From Promethearchaeota archaeon (lineage in GTDB: Archaea; Asgardarchaeota; Thorarchaeia; Thorarchaeales; Thorarchaeaceae): a stretch of DNA of 32,000 nt. Shown piece after piece: positions 16,706-26,129 of this stretch (its first letter is position 1; each line of letters opens with the position of its first letter). A program made the position numbers and the translations under genes. Below the pieces are notes generated by a model. That model saw nothing but the letters and a program-made list of their open reading frames with translations, did not search any database and was not told where the DNA came from. The stretch spans positions 41,384-73,383 of the forward strand of contig JALVPN010000144.1 of the NCBI GenBank assembly GCA_027031765.1, read 5' to 3'.

Positions 16706-17077
16706 TTGACAGTGGTTGACAAGGCCAAGATTGAGAAGATAGTTGCTGATACAATGGCAGCTAATACCGACCTCGAGGGAATTGTGGTCTGTGAGCCGAC
16801 CGGCAAAGTGATCTTTGGGCACATGATTGCCGGGGGCATAAGACATGTGGACGTCGCGGGTCTTGCAGTCAAGATAGCAGCTGACGCGTCCCAGCTTGTG
16901 AAGACTCTTGAGAAGGGCGGACTGAGAGAGGTCACAATTGCATCGGAGCTAGGAGTCGTTGTGATTCTTGGTGACGTGAAGATGGTCGTGGCAGGAATAG
17001 CCGGGAAGAGCGCGCACGAGTCCATAGGGCTACTACGGATGGCCCTCAAGCGTGCGTTGCTAGAGATGGTGGAGTAG
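16706..17077 (+). CDS. Roadblock/LC7 domain protein
   Basis: LEGIVVCEPTGKVI...VAGLA..IAADA......L.KGGLREVTIASELG.VV...SIGLLRMALKRA pattern. TTG start. Confidence 0.82.
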   Translation: MTVVDKAKIEKIVADTMAANTDLEGIVVCEPTGKVIFGHMIAGGIRHVDVAGLAVKIAADASQLVKTLEKGGLREVTIASELGVVVILGDVKMVVAGIAGKSAHESIGLLRMALKRALLEMVE

Positions 17078-17284
17078 GCAGTCAAGAAACTGTATGAGGG
17101 GCTATGGCGCAGTACAGCAGTGTATTGGCAGACCAAGACAGCACGCCGTCACCCACCCGTATTCCGACAGTATTATCTGGGTATTACCAATGATGATATT
17201 TAACCCAGTGTGTCTTCCGAATAATGTTGACACGCCAGCACATGGTATCAGTGATAACGCTCCAGAGGCAGAAGGGAGTCCGTC

Positions 17285-20200
17285 TTGGTCTACATTGAGA
17301 AGATTGTGGTCAAAGGGTTCAAGTCGTTTGGTCGCGAAACGGTGACCATCAGGCTGAGCCCGGGATTCACATGTGTTGTTGGACCTAACGGCTCCGGCAA
17401 GTCCAATGTGATTGATGCGATACTGTTCGTCTTGGGGCAACTCAGTGCAAAGACGCTGCGTGCTACTGTGTTCTCGGACCTGCTCTATAAGCCACCAAAA
17501 CCAGGTATGCCACCGGGCGCAAGGAAGGCGGTCGTGGAACTGCACTTCAACAACCAGGACCGCAAGCTGAAGGTCGATGCAGACAAGGTGGTCATTGCAA
17601 GAGAACTGGACGAGTCGGGCAAGTCGGTCTGCAGGGTTAACGGCAAGGTCGTTACAAGGGCGACTGTACTGGATGTGCTAGGGAGCATAGGTGTCGACCC
17701 AAACGGGTACAACCTTGTGCTGCAGGGTGAGATAGCACAGATGGTGAAGGTGAGCCCGAACGACCGTCGCAAGTTGATTGAAGAGATTGCTGGAATCTCG
17801 GCGTACGACGAACAGAAAGAACGTGCCCTGAAGAAGCTAGCGGAAAGCGAGGCTAATCTTGGCAAGGTGGAGGCACAGCTGCAAGAACGGCGCCGACAGC
17901 TCGAACGACTCGAGCTGGAGAGAGAGGATGCGCTCAAATATACCGAGATCCAGTCGAGGATGCAACAGATACGGGTTGACAGGCTGGCGTGGACCATCCT
18001 CAAGGCGCAGAGTAGGACTAGAACCATAAAGGAGAACCTCGTTGAGCGTGCGGAGAGGGCCAGACAGCTGGAGGAGAGGGTCAGGGAAGTCGAGAAGGCC
18101 ATAGACACCGCCGAAACAGAAATTGAAGAGATTGACCGGGCCATTGACCAGATCACAGGCAGCGAGTCTGCACGGGTGTCAGAACAACTGGGAAAGGCCT
18201 CAGCAGCACTCGAACATGTGAGAAGAGAGTTTGAGGGGCGAGCCAAGGAGCTTGAGGGCAAGAGGGCACTGCTCACCGTGACGCAGGAACAGATTGCCGG
18301 CTTGGGTCGCGAGATTGAGGAGGCCACCCGACAGATTGAGGAGAAGGAGAACAGGCTCAAAGAGGTGGTCGCCGAGGTCGAGGGCTGTGAGGACAGTATC
18401 CGACGACTTGAGACAGTTTCCGAACGGGAGCAAGCCCAGTTCCTCGAAACGACACAGAAGCTCCAAGAGCTCAACAGACTGGTCGCTGCGCTTGACGAAC
18501 AAATCTCAGAAGCCCGTTCCCAAGTCAGGTCGAACAAGAGGGACATAAGGCTCCTGTACGAGGACATAGAGGACGCCAAGGGCGCCCTTGAGAGGGCCGA
18601 GGCCGAGCGTGAGGAACTGGAGAGGACAGTTCCGGAGAAGCGCCAGGAGTTGGAAGTCCTTGAGCGTGAGGAGGAGGACACCCAGGACCAGCTGGTACGT
18701 GTCCGTGAGCAGCTGTCCAGAGTCGGTGCCGAGGTGGCCGAAACAAGCAAGATTGTCAGCGAGACCCGGGAGGAGCTCGTCAAGATACGTGCCCGGCAGG
18801 ATGCACTTAGAGAGGCTGAAGAGGCATTTCTGAGGAGGAAACGAGCTGTTGCACGAGTGCTACAGCTGAGGGACACGGGAGAAGTGGACGGGATCTATGG
18901 CACCGTTGCGGAGCTGGGCAAGATCAATCCAGACTACGCGGTCGCAATGGAGGTGGCCGGTGGAAACAGGCTCTCTTACATCGTCGTGGAAGACGAAGAT
19001 GTCGCGACCAAGTGCATAAGAGTCCTGAAACAGGAGCGTGTTGGTCGTGCGTCATTCATCCCGCTGAACAAGATCAGGACACGCGCGCCCGGAAAGCTGC
19101 CCGATGATGACGGTGTGATTGGTTTTGCACTAGACCTCGTCAGTTTCGACAAGCGACTACAGCCCGCATTCGAGTTCGTCTTCTCGGACACCATTGTTAC
19201 CGAGGACTTTGAGGCGGCCAAGCGCATCGGCTTCAGGGGCAACCGTGCGGTCTCGCTGGATGGGGACCTTGTTGAGCGTTCGGGACTGGTCACGGGAGGA
19301 CACTACCAGAGGCAGACGGCCGGGCTCACACTGCAGATTGAAGACACAACACCGGAGGTCATCACCCGCCTCGAAGGCCTTGAAAACATACTGGCTGGGC
19401 TGCTGCAGAAACAGGAGGAACTAGAAGCAACAAGACAACGTCTTGAGAAGCAGGCCCAAGACCTGTCGAAGAAGCTGTATGTTGGACGGATGGAACTCGA
19501 ACGGCTCGAGGAACGGCTTGGAGACCGTCAGACCCGTGTGTCTATGTTGACCGAGAGAATAGAGGAGAACGGACAACGTGTTGCAGCCCTAGAGAGAGAG
19601 ACCCACGAACTGGAAGAGGAGATGGACAGGCTAATAGCGGAGAAGGAACGTATTCAGGAGGAACGGGACGCCTGCAACGAGATACTTGCACGGTCGGATG
19701 TTGCAAGGGTCAACCAAGAGATACGCGATTTGAAAGTGGTGCTTGAACGCAAGGCCCGTGAGAGAGATGAGATAAAGGACGCGTTGTCTAGGCTGAGAAC
19801 CAGCGTTGAGGAGAGGTTTAGACCGCGTGTCCACGAACTCCAGAGAAGACTTGATGCCACGGAGAGAGAGATACCAACACTGGAGGCCCAAGTACGTGAG
19901 TTGGAGCAGGAACTTAAGGAAAAAGAGGCCCAGTACGAAACGCTCAGAAGCGAACATGCCCGGATAGAGGCTTCTGTGAAGGACAGACGTATCCGTCAGG
20001 CCGAGTTGAAGAGAAAACTTGCCGACCTGCGACGCGCGCTCGATGAAACAAAGGACGAGCGGACCCAGAACGACAAGGCGATATACCGGCTGCAGACCGA
20101 ACAGGCACGTCTGGAGAACGAGCTGGTCGGAGTGGAGGCCGAACTGGCCAACCTAGCCGATGTCAGAGAGGAACTGGAGAAGAGGCGGTCGATGCGGGAG

Positions 20201-20875
20201 GTGACATACAGGGAGCTCGACGAGATGACGGAGAAGATCAGGGAACTTGAGCGGGAACTCGATGAGATGGGGCCGGTCAACATGAAGTCGCTGACAGACT
20301 ATGAGGCTGAACGTGAGAGGTACGAGGAGATTGTTGACAGGAAGGTCAAACTGGAGGAGGAACACAAGGAAATCCTGCGGTTCATGGAGGAGCTGGAGGC
20401 TGAGAAGACGCGGAAGTTCCTCAGGGTGTATAATGAGATAGCGGACAACTTCTCAAGGGTGTTTGCCAAGCTCTCACCGGGTGGAGAAGCACATCTGATG
20501 CTTGAGAACCCTGAGCACCCGCTCATGGGGGGGATAATTGTAAAGTCAAAGCCGCAGGGCAAGGATGTCGTCACGCTGGATGCCATGAGCGGTGGGGAGA
20601 AGACGCTCACAGGGCTGGCCCTGATATTTGCAGTGCAGATGTACAGCCCCGCAAGCTTCTACGTCTTTGATGAGATTGATGCAGCCCTTGATGATGTAAA
20701 CGCACACAATGTTGCGACTCTCATCTCAGAGATGTCGAAGTCATCGCAGTTCATTGTGGTATCCCTGAGGGAGGCCACCGTTAGCAAGGCAGACCTGTTA
20801 ATCGGAGTTTCGAACCAAGACGGTATCTCACGGATCGTTTCGGTCGACCTGGAGGGGGTGACGAGCACTGCATGA
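17285..20875 (+). CDS. smc: Chromosome segregation protein SMC
   Basis: GFKSF, Walker A GPNGSGKSN, long coiled coils, hinge GX6GX3GG (GDLVERSGLVTGG), signature MSGGEK, Walker B/D-loop FDEIDAALD. Confidence 0.98.
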   Translation: MVYIEKIVVKGFKSFGRETVTIRLSPGFTCVVGPNGSGKSNVIDAILFVLGQLSAKTLRATVFSDLLYKPPKPGMPPGARKAVVELHFNNQDRKLKVDADKVVIARELDESGKSVCRVNGKVVTRATVLDVLGSIGVDPNGYNLVLQGEIAQMVKVSPNDRRKLIEEIAGISAYDEQKERALKKLAESEANLGKVEAQLQERRRQLERLELEREDALKYTEIQSRMQQIRVDRLAWTILKAQSRTRTIKENLVERAERARQLEERVREVEKAIDTAETEIEEIDRAIDQITGSESARVSEQLGKASAALEHVRREFEGRAKELEGKRALLTVTQEQIAGLGREIEEATRQIEEKENRLKEVVAEVEGCEDSIRRLETVSEREQAQFLETTQKLQELNRLVAALDEQISEARSQVRSNKRDIRLLYEDIEDAKGALERAEAEREELERTVPEKRQELEVLEREEEDTQDQLVRVREQLSRVGAEVAETSKIVSETREELVKIRARQDALREAEEAFLRRKRAVARVLQLRDTGEVDGIYGTVAELGKINPDYAVAMEVAGGNRLSYIVVEDEDVATKCIRVLKQERVGRASFIPLNKIRTRAPGKLPDDDGVIGFALDLVSFDKRLQPAFEFVFSDTIVTEDFEAAKRIGFRGNRAVSLDGDLVERSGLVTGGHYQRQTAGLTLQIEDTTPEVITRLEGLENILAGLLQKQEELEATRQRLEKQAQDLSKKLYVGRMELERLEERLGDRQTRVSMLTERIEENGQRVAALERETHELEEEMDRLIAEKERIQEERDACNEILARSDVARVNQEIRDLKVVLERKARERDEIKDALSRLRTSVEERFRPRVHELQRRLDATEREIPTLEAQVRELEQELKEKEAQYETLRSEHARIEASVKDRRIRQAELKRKLADLRRALDETKDERTQNDKAIYRLQTEQARLENELVGVEAELANLADVREELEKRRSMREVTYRELDEMTEKIRELERELDEMGPVNMKSLTDYEAERERYEEIVDRKVKLEEEHKEILRFMEELEAEKTRKFLRVYNEIADNFSRVFAKLSPGGEAHLMLENPEHPLMGGIIVKSKPQGKDVVTLDAMSGGEKTLTGLALIFAVQMYSPASFYVFDEIDAALDDVNAHNVATLISEMSKSSQFIVVSLREATVSKADLLIGVSNQDGISRIVSVDLEGVTSTA

Positions 20876-21585
20876 GTGATGACAACACCCCCTTCTGGGC
20901 CACGCCCCCGTATATACTGTTGACCGACGTGCTCCAACTTGACAAGGTCGACCCCTGGAACGTCGATGTCGGAAAGCTTGTGAGGGAGTTCCTTGAGGAG
21001 ATGAAACGACTTGGTGACATCGATTTCAGGGTCTCTGGCAGTGCGTTGTACTCTGCATCAGTCATATTCATGCGCAAGACACGGGATCTCGTGAAGATGG
21101 GGGTGCTACCACCGGAGGAGGACGAGGAGGAGGAGCTCGAAATCCCACTGATTAGACCCCCGTTCAGACTCACGAACCGGCGTGTGACCATTGAGGAACT
21201 GCTCGTCGCGATGGACAGAGTCCTCTCCCGAGGCATCAGAGGACGGCCGTCACCTAGCAGACGGAAGAGGGGCTCACAGGTGGCACCCCCGACCTTGAAG
21301 ATGGAGGTAAGCGAAACAAATGTGGAGGAAACAATAGCAGAAGTGTATGCAGACCTCCGGCAGATGATGGGAGTTGGCAGTACCTGTCGATTTGAAGACC
21401 TGCTCGTCAACAACACCAGACGTGAGATTGTACGTGTGTTCTTCTCCCTGCTGTACTTGTATGCAAGGGGGTACATTGACCTGTGGATGGACGAGGAGCA
21501 GACAATCTGGGTCAGGCTTCTCGCACCGCCAGTCAGCGGACACGAACAGCTCGCACAGGTCGAACAACAACACGGGCCCAGGTGA
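20872..21585 (+). CDS. scpA: Kleisin, segregation and condensation protein A
   Basis: DPWNVDV..L...F, SGSALYSAS..F.RK, acidic linker, RLTNRRVTIEELL, VRVFFSLLYL winged helix. ATGA overlap with smc. Confidence 0.93.
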   Translation: MSDDNTPFWATPPYILLTDVLQLDKVDPWNVDVGKLVREFLEEMKRLGDIDFRVSGSALYSASVIFMRKTRDLVKMGVLPPEEDEEEELEIPLIRPPFRLTNRRVTIEELLVAMDRVLSRGIRGRPSPSRRKRGSQVAPPTLKMEVSETNVEETIAEVYADLRQMMGVGSTCRFEDLLVNNTRREIVRVFFSLLYLYARGYIDLWMDEEQTIWVRLLAPPVSGHEQLAQVEQQHGPR

Positions 21586-21588
21586 GGA

Positions 21589-22131
21589 TTGTTGGACGAG
21601 GACATGGTGACACTTGAGGCTGCACTGTATGTCACCGGTCGGCCGATGGCCTTGGAGGAACTCGCATCGCTCATTGGGAAGGCCGAGTCCACGACCAGGA
21701 AGCTGCTTGAAGAGCTCGCATTCGAGTATGACAGGCGTGGCGGGGCTCTCGAGGTAGTTGCACTCCCGCGTGACCGCTACGTACTGCAACTGAAGCCAGA
21801 ACTGACGCCCCGTGTTGGAAAGCTGATCCCAGGTGGCCTGCTGTCATTTGCGACGCTGCAGACCCTCGTGTACATTGCGCTGAAGCAGCCAATCCTTCAG
21901 TCAGAACTTGTGTTGCAACGTGGGACACAGGCATACGAACATGTGAGAGAACTTGTAGACAAGAAGTTCGTACAGGCGACTCCCGAGCGGCGCACCCAAC
22001 GGCAGGAAACAACACCACTGTTTGCAGACTACTTTGGGTTTGACCACGACAAGGTGAAGATGAAAGCACAGCTGCGACATAGGATGAGGAAAATCCTTGA
22101 GGAGCAACGACTGGCAGAACAGAACTCCTAA
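21589..22131 (+). CDS. scpB: SMC-Scp complex subunit ScpB (kite)
   Basis: LEAALYV.G.P...L, L...TL.YIA.KQPI...L...RG...Y.HV.EL, TT.LFADYFG. Confidence 0.93.
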   Translation: MLDEDMVTLEAALYVTGRPMALEELASLIGKAESTTRKLLEELAFEYDRRGGALEVVALPRDRYVLQLKPELTPRVGKLIPGGLLSFATLQTLVYIALKQPILQSELVLQRGTQAYEHVRELVDKKFVQATPERRTQRQETTPLFADYFGFDHDKVKMKAQLRHRMRKILEEQRLAEQNS

Positions 22132-23144
22132 CACACACGGGGGACAGGCTCACCATAGGGGACTTGGATGAGCTTCCGACCACCAATGGCAGTCTTCATG
22201 GTGACACGTGGTGGGCCCTGACGGATAGTGCCTACTACACAGGCGTTTCTCGTAGTACTGTGCTCTGCGAGTGCCTCAAGTATGGCATCTGTCCTCTCAT
22301 GGTCGACTGCCATCACGGCAACCCCCTCACAGCTCATCTCGAACGGGTTCAGACCAAGGATTTCACACAGTGAGTAGACCTCAGGTCTGACTGGCACCTT
22401 GTCCTCTACGAGCTCGATTTCCACATGCGACTTGTAGGCAATCTCGTTCAGCGCAACTGCAGTGCCCCCACGGGTCGGGTCTTTCATCGCATGGACACCA
22501 CCGACATCCAGGCAGTCTTTGATGGGATGCCAGAGGGGGGCAACATCGCTTGTGAGGGACGTTGAGAACTCAAGCCCCTCACGGTGGGCAAGCAGTGTGG
22601 TGCCATGGCTCCCAATGGGGCCGGTCACTATGAGGTCGTCACCAATACAGGCCCCGCTATCGGTGACGGGTGCGTCGAGATAAAGACGACCAATCCCGGT
22701 GGTAGACATGATGAGGCCGTCAATAGTGCCGGGTGGCATGACCTTTGTATCGCCGGCAATCATGGCCACATCTAGACTCTCAAGGACACTGTTCAGCGAC
22801 TCCAAGATGCGACGCAGGGTGTCAATCTCAAAGCCCTCCTCCACCACGATTGTGTTGGTCATGGCGATGGGCTCAGCACCCATGACTGCAAGGTCGTTGA
22901 TGGTGCCACAGGCGGTCAGGGTACCGAGGTCGCCACCCGGAAAGAAGAGGGGCTGCACGGTATGAGCGTCGGTACAGACCACCAAGTGACCTGAAGGGGG
23001 GACTGGGAGTGTGGCGCCGTCATCCATCTCATCAAGACCGACCCGGCCCAAGGACCGCTTCGAGAAGGAGGGGATGACCACCTGTTCGAGTAGACGCTGC
23101 ATCAGCTTGCCGCCACCACCATGTGCGGCCTCAATCCGGTCCAT
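22128..23144 (-). CDS. hypE: Hydrogenase maturation carbamoyl dehydratase HypE
   Basis: AHGGGG, DDGA, TD.HTV.PLFFPGGDLG, NDLA, GDTKV, KDPTRGG, C-terminal PRVC. Confidence 0.97.
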   Translation of the reverse strand: MDRIEAAHGGGGKLMQRLLEQVVIPSFSKRSLGRVGLDEMDDGATLPVPPSGHLVVCTDAHTVQPLFFPGGDLGTLTACGTINDLAVMGAEPIAMTNTIVVEEGFEIDTLRRILESLNSVLESLDVAMIAGDTKVMPPGTIDGLIMSTTGIGRLYLDAPVTDSGACIGDDLIVTGPIGSHGTTLLAHREGLEFSTSLTSDVAPLWHPIKDCLDVGGVHAMKDPTRGGTAVALNEIAYKSHVEIELVEDKVPVRPEVYSLCEILGLNPFEMSCEGVAVMAVDHERTDAILEALAEHSTTRNACVVGTIRQGPPRVTMKTAIGGRKLIQVPYGEPVPRVC

Positions 23145-23417
23145 ATGACATATCTCCGAAGAGCACTATATGCTATCATCACCTCACGACCACTAGGGAG
23201 TATATGAAGTGGACGATAGGGTGGCAGACAACAGGGCTGCGGGCATCAGTCCGACAACAGTTCTGCCGGGCATGCGACCATGACCTGACGGGCTGTTGTG
23301 TACATGGTGTGACTCAGCGGTGCCCGGTACAGTTGGCCTAGCGTGCACTATTCTATTACATAATGCTTAAAACCACAGTACAGTGGTCGACATTGACTGA
23401 AAGATGAGGTCATAGAG

Positions 23418-23795
23418 ATGGGTGTATGGCACAGGAGATCTCGCCGGTCACCAACTGGGGCAAAACGAAAGCCCTTCCGGAGCAAGAGAAAGTTCGAGAT
23501 GGGACGTGTGCCCACTGAAACCCTTGTTGGCGAGCCCAAGCTGTTGAGGGTTGACAGTAAGGGCACACGGAAGAAGACGCCGGCGCTGAGGCTCAACATG
23601 GTGAATGTGACAGACCCGAAGAAGAACGTGACCTACCGGGCGGAAATCCTTGACGTTGAAGAGAACAAGGCGAACATGGACTATCAGCGCAGAAAGGTCA
23701 TTACACGGGGCACCATAATCAAGACATCAAAGGGTAGAGCGAGAGTCACCAGCAGGCCGGGACAGGACGGCGTGCTAAATGCAGTGCTCATCTAG
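23418..23795 (+). CDS. rps8e: 30S ribosomal protein eS8
   Basis: RS.R.PTG.KR...R.KRKFEMGR.P.ET, RRKVITRGTII, ARVTSRPGQDGVLNAVL. Confidence 0.98.
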   Translation: MGVWHRRSRRSPTGAKRKPFRSKRKFEMGRVPTETLVGEPKLLRVDSKGTRKKTPALRLNMVNVTDPKKNVTYRAEILDVEENKANMDYQRRKVITRGTIIKTSKGRARVTSRPGQDGVLNAVLI

Positions 23796-24232
23796 GTGTG
23801 GGCCTGTCCGCCGCACTGGGCTGGCTCTGTGGGGCATATCTGGTCGTCCGGCCCCTCCATCTCGACCTCTATGTTGGTCACAATAAACTCCTTGCCACCT
23901 ACAATCACAGTGGCACTGCTGCCGCAACTCGGGCACTGCATTGGCGCAAACATGGCAATCTCTGGTGATAGACCACCAGGTGTCTGTGCGACACCTTCGT
24001 AGCCGCACTCCTGACACTGGATACGACCATGGACGATATCAATGTTCAGCGTGGCGCCCTCCAGCAGGGTGCCCTTCGATGCAACTTCAAAGTTGAACTC
24101 CAGTTGTTCTGGTATTAGGAATGTGAACTCGCCCACCTGTACATTTACGGCAACGACACGTCGCACGTTGTGCTGTGTTGCAGTTTCCAGTGCGGCCTCC
24201 ACAATCGAACACGCAGCCGAGAACTCGTGCAT
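23792..24232 (-). CDS. hypA: Hydrogenase nickel metallochaperone HypA
   Basis: MHEFS N-terminus (start moved to 24232), VGEFTFL.PEQL.F.F, CQECG...CPSCGS Zn site, GGKEF. Confidence 0.95.
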   Translation of the reverse strand: MHEFSAACSIVEAALETATQHNVRRVVAVNVQVGEFTFLIPEQLEFNFEVASKGTLLEGATLNIDIVHGRIQCQECGYEGVAQTPGGLSPEIAMFAPMQCPSCGSSATVIVGGKEFIVTNIEVEMEGPDDQICPTEPAQCGGQAHT

Positions 24233-24303
24233 TGGGTACCGACCGTGTGACACCGGACGACTGGCATTAAGTGGTTTTTGATACAGGCTGGGCTGGTGCG
24301 ACC

Positions 24304-24311
24304 CTTTATAT
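24304..24311. promoter_or_regulatory. Putative TATA element between divergent hypA and HEAT-repeat genes
   Basis: CTTTATAT in the divergent intergenic region; direction uncertain. Confidence 0.4.
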
Positions 24312-24469
24312 GAACGTGCGGTGTCAATATAACGTGATGGCCGTGCCGCAACTTGACTGCAAGACGCAAATCGTCGACAACTTGTACGAAGAGCCGACCA
24401 AGGACTGGGTGCGAGTGTCTACTGTATCTGTCGCGGAAACCGGTGGTACGGAGCAAGCAGGTGAGGCCA

Positions 24470-24868
24470 TTGAGCAGGACGCATGACGAGGAGAGCCAGA
24501 CGCTGGAGCTCGAAGACCTCCTCAAGGAGCTCGAGAGCGACGACGAACAGGTACTGATTGGGGCAATAGACAGACTTGCGATGCTCGACGACCCGCGGGC
24601 CACAGAATACCTCATACGATGTTTGAAGGACGGACGCTACATTGTAAGGATATTTGCTGCGGCACAGCTTGGTGAACGGAAGGACGAGGCTGCAATCGAA
24701 CCCCTCATAGAAACGCTCAGGGATGAGTCCCTGTTTGTCCGGCAGACAGCAGCGGGTGCACTGGAGAACATAGGAGGGCAGAGGGCACTGGAGGCAGTGC
24801 GCAAGGCGGAGGAGGAAGGACGGCTCCTAGACGAGCTGCCGGAGGGCAAACGCCTCGACCCTGATTGA
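24470..24868 (+). CDS. PBS-lyase/HEAT-repeat protein
   Basis: Repeats of L...L.D....VR..AA..LG/LE. Start set at TTG 24470 after a GGTGAGG SD (ORF track start 24353). Confidence 0.85.
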   Translation: MSRTHDEESQTLELEDLLKELESDDEQVLIGAIDRLAMLDDPRATEYLIRCLKDGRYIVRIFAAAQLGERKDEAAIEPLIETLRDESLFVRQTAAGALENIGGQRALEAVRKAEEEGRLLDELPEGKRLDPD

Positions 24869-24884
24869 AATACAGCGTAGGGCA

Positions 24885-26021
24885 TCAGTCCTCAACTATG
24901 TACACGATGTTCTCGCGTCCTTCGCGGAACCGTTTGATGAGGCCGTGTGCTTCGAGAGCCGTCAGAATCATACTTACGCGGGACTGCGAGAGGCCCAGTC
25001 CGGTATACAGCTCCTTCTGGAAGCAGGAACCGCCCCGGTTGCGGATTGCACCAAGTACTTCCTGTTCATCTTCAGTCAGGCCAACAAGCCGTACTGGTCG
25101 GGCCCTCCGTGCAAGTCTAGTGATGCGGGGCCACGAAATGCCAAGTCCGACCCCCAGAGCGAAACAGATGGCGGCCAGTCCCAAGCTGACCGGCCCTATG
25201 ACTGGTGCTCCGGGAGTGCCAAGGTTGGGCACCTGATAGCGGACTATGAAGACGCGTTCCTGACCGGGCTCGAGGACTGGTATCCGCCACTCGAAGACTA
25301 GAGACATCCCATCCGTCGAGTTTTCATAGCCACGGGGATAGACCGGTGACACAGATGTCGGGGACAGAGTGGCCTCCGGAGGGAGCACGACCACAAGCGA
25401 CAGGTTTTGGACACTGGTTGTCGGACGTACATAGAACAGGAAGTCTACATGGGAGTGCGTCCCATCGGGGGTGAGTTGTGGCGGCGACTGGAGGTCGTCT
25501 GCGGAGAGCTCCAGGTGGACGGAGGCCATACCACCCGGGTCGATTGGACGGACAAGGTTGAGGAGGACGTCCGTCTGACGCCCAGCCATGACAACATTGG
25601 CCTCGGCTGCGGAGTTGTTCACAAGGGCACTCCGGAGGCGCAGCGACATGGAGTCTATACTGATTGCCACAGACTCCACCGGTTCGGCCCCGTGATTGAC
25701 AATGCGTGTGTCCACCGCCATTGTACTGTGACCATCGCTCTGGAGCCAGATACGGATGGTCAAGGGATTGAGCACAAGGGCCTGTCCAGTAGCCTCAGAA
25801 GGAACGATACGGACAGACGGTGGTGGGGATGCGACTATGGAGCGTGTGCGTGCTACTGCCCCCAGATCAGACCATGGGAGGGCCATTTGAGACCCGGGTT
25901 GTTGTACACCGCAGGATATGGGATAGAAAGCCCCAGCTGTTAGTATCTGAGAGAGGAGGAACAGGAACAGGGTGGCAGTGGCTGTGTGGAAAGAGGTATT
26001 GGGCCGTAGCACTGTTGTCAC
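24885..26021 (-). CDS. Membrane-anchored protein with extracellular beta-domain, TM helix and C-terminal winged HTH (COG2512-like regulator)
   Basis: N-terminal hydrophobic segment, beta-rich domain, TM (SLGLAAICFALGVGLGISW), then LTEDEQEVL..I...GG...QKEL....LSQSRVS.IL..LE..GLI.R.REGREN wHTH. Confidence 0.85.
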   Translation of the reverse strand: MTTVLRPNTSFHTATATLFLFLLSQILTAGAFYPISCGVQQPGSQMALPWSDLGAVARTRSIVASPPPSVRIVPSEATGQALVLNPLTIRIWLQSDGHSTMAVDTRIVNHGAEPVESVAISIDSMSLRLRSALVNNSAAEANVVMAGRQTDVLLNLVRPIDPGGMASVHLELSADDLQSPPQLTPDGTHSHVDFLFYVRPTTSVQNLSLVVVLPPEATLSPTSVSPVYPRGYENSTDGMSLVFEWRIPVLEPGQERVFIVRYQVPNLGTPGAPVIGPVSLGLAAICFALGVGLGISWPRITRLARRARPVRLVGLTEDEQEVLGAIRNRGGSCFQKELYTGLGLSQSRVSMILTALEAHGLIKRFREGRENIVYIVED

Positions 26022-26129
26022 CGGAACTGTTCATCTGAGGAGCAGGACACAGCAGGACAGTTGAGGGATATCACAAAATAAAGGAGATGGCGGGTGTTTC
26101 CGCCATCACCGTGCACTAGGCCAGACAGA

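Noticed and set aside
17485-18876. 463-aa antisense ORF and other long antisense ORFs
   Set aside because: Ser/Leu-rich shadows of the Glu/Arg-rich SMC coiled coil and other genes; typical of GC-rich coding DNA.
23240-23331. Long irregular hairpin followed by ACA between hypE and rps8e (H/ACA or SRP RNA candidate)
   Set aside because: Pocket-to-ACA distance is ~29 nt rather than 14-16, no K-turn, and no SRP helix 8 motif.
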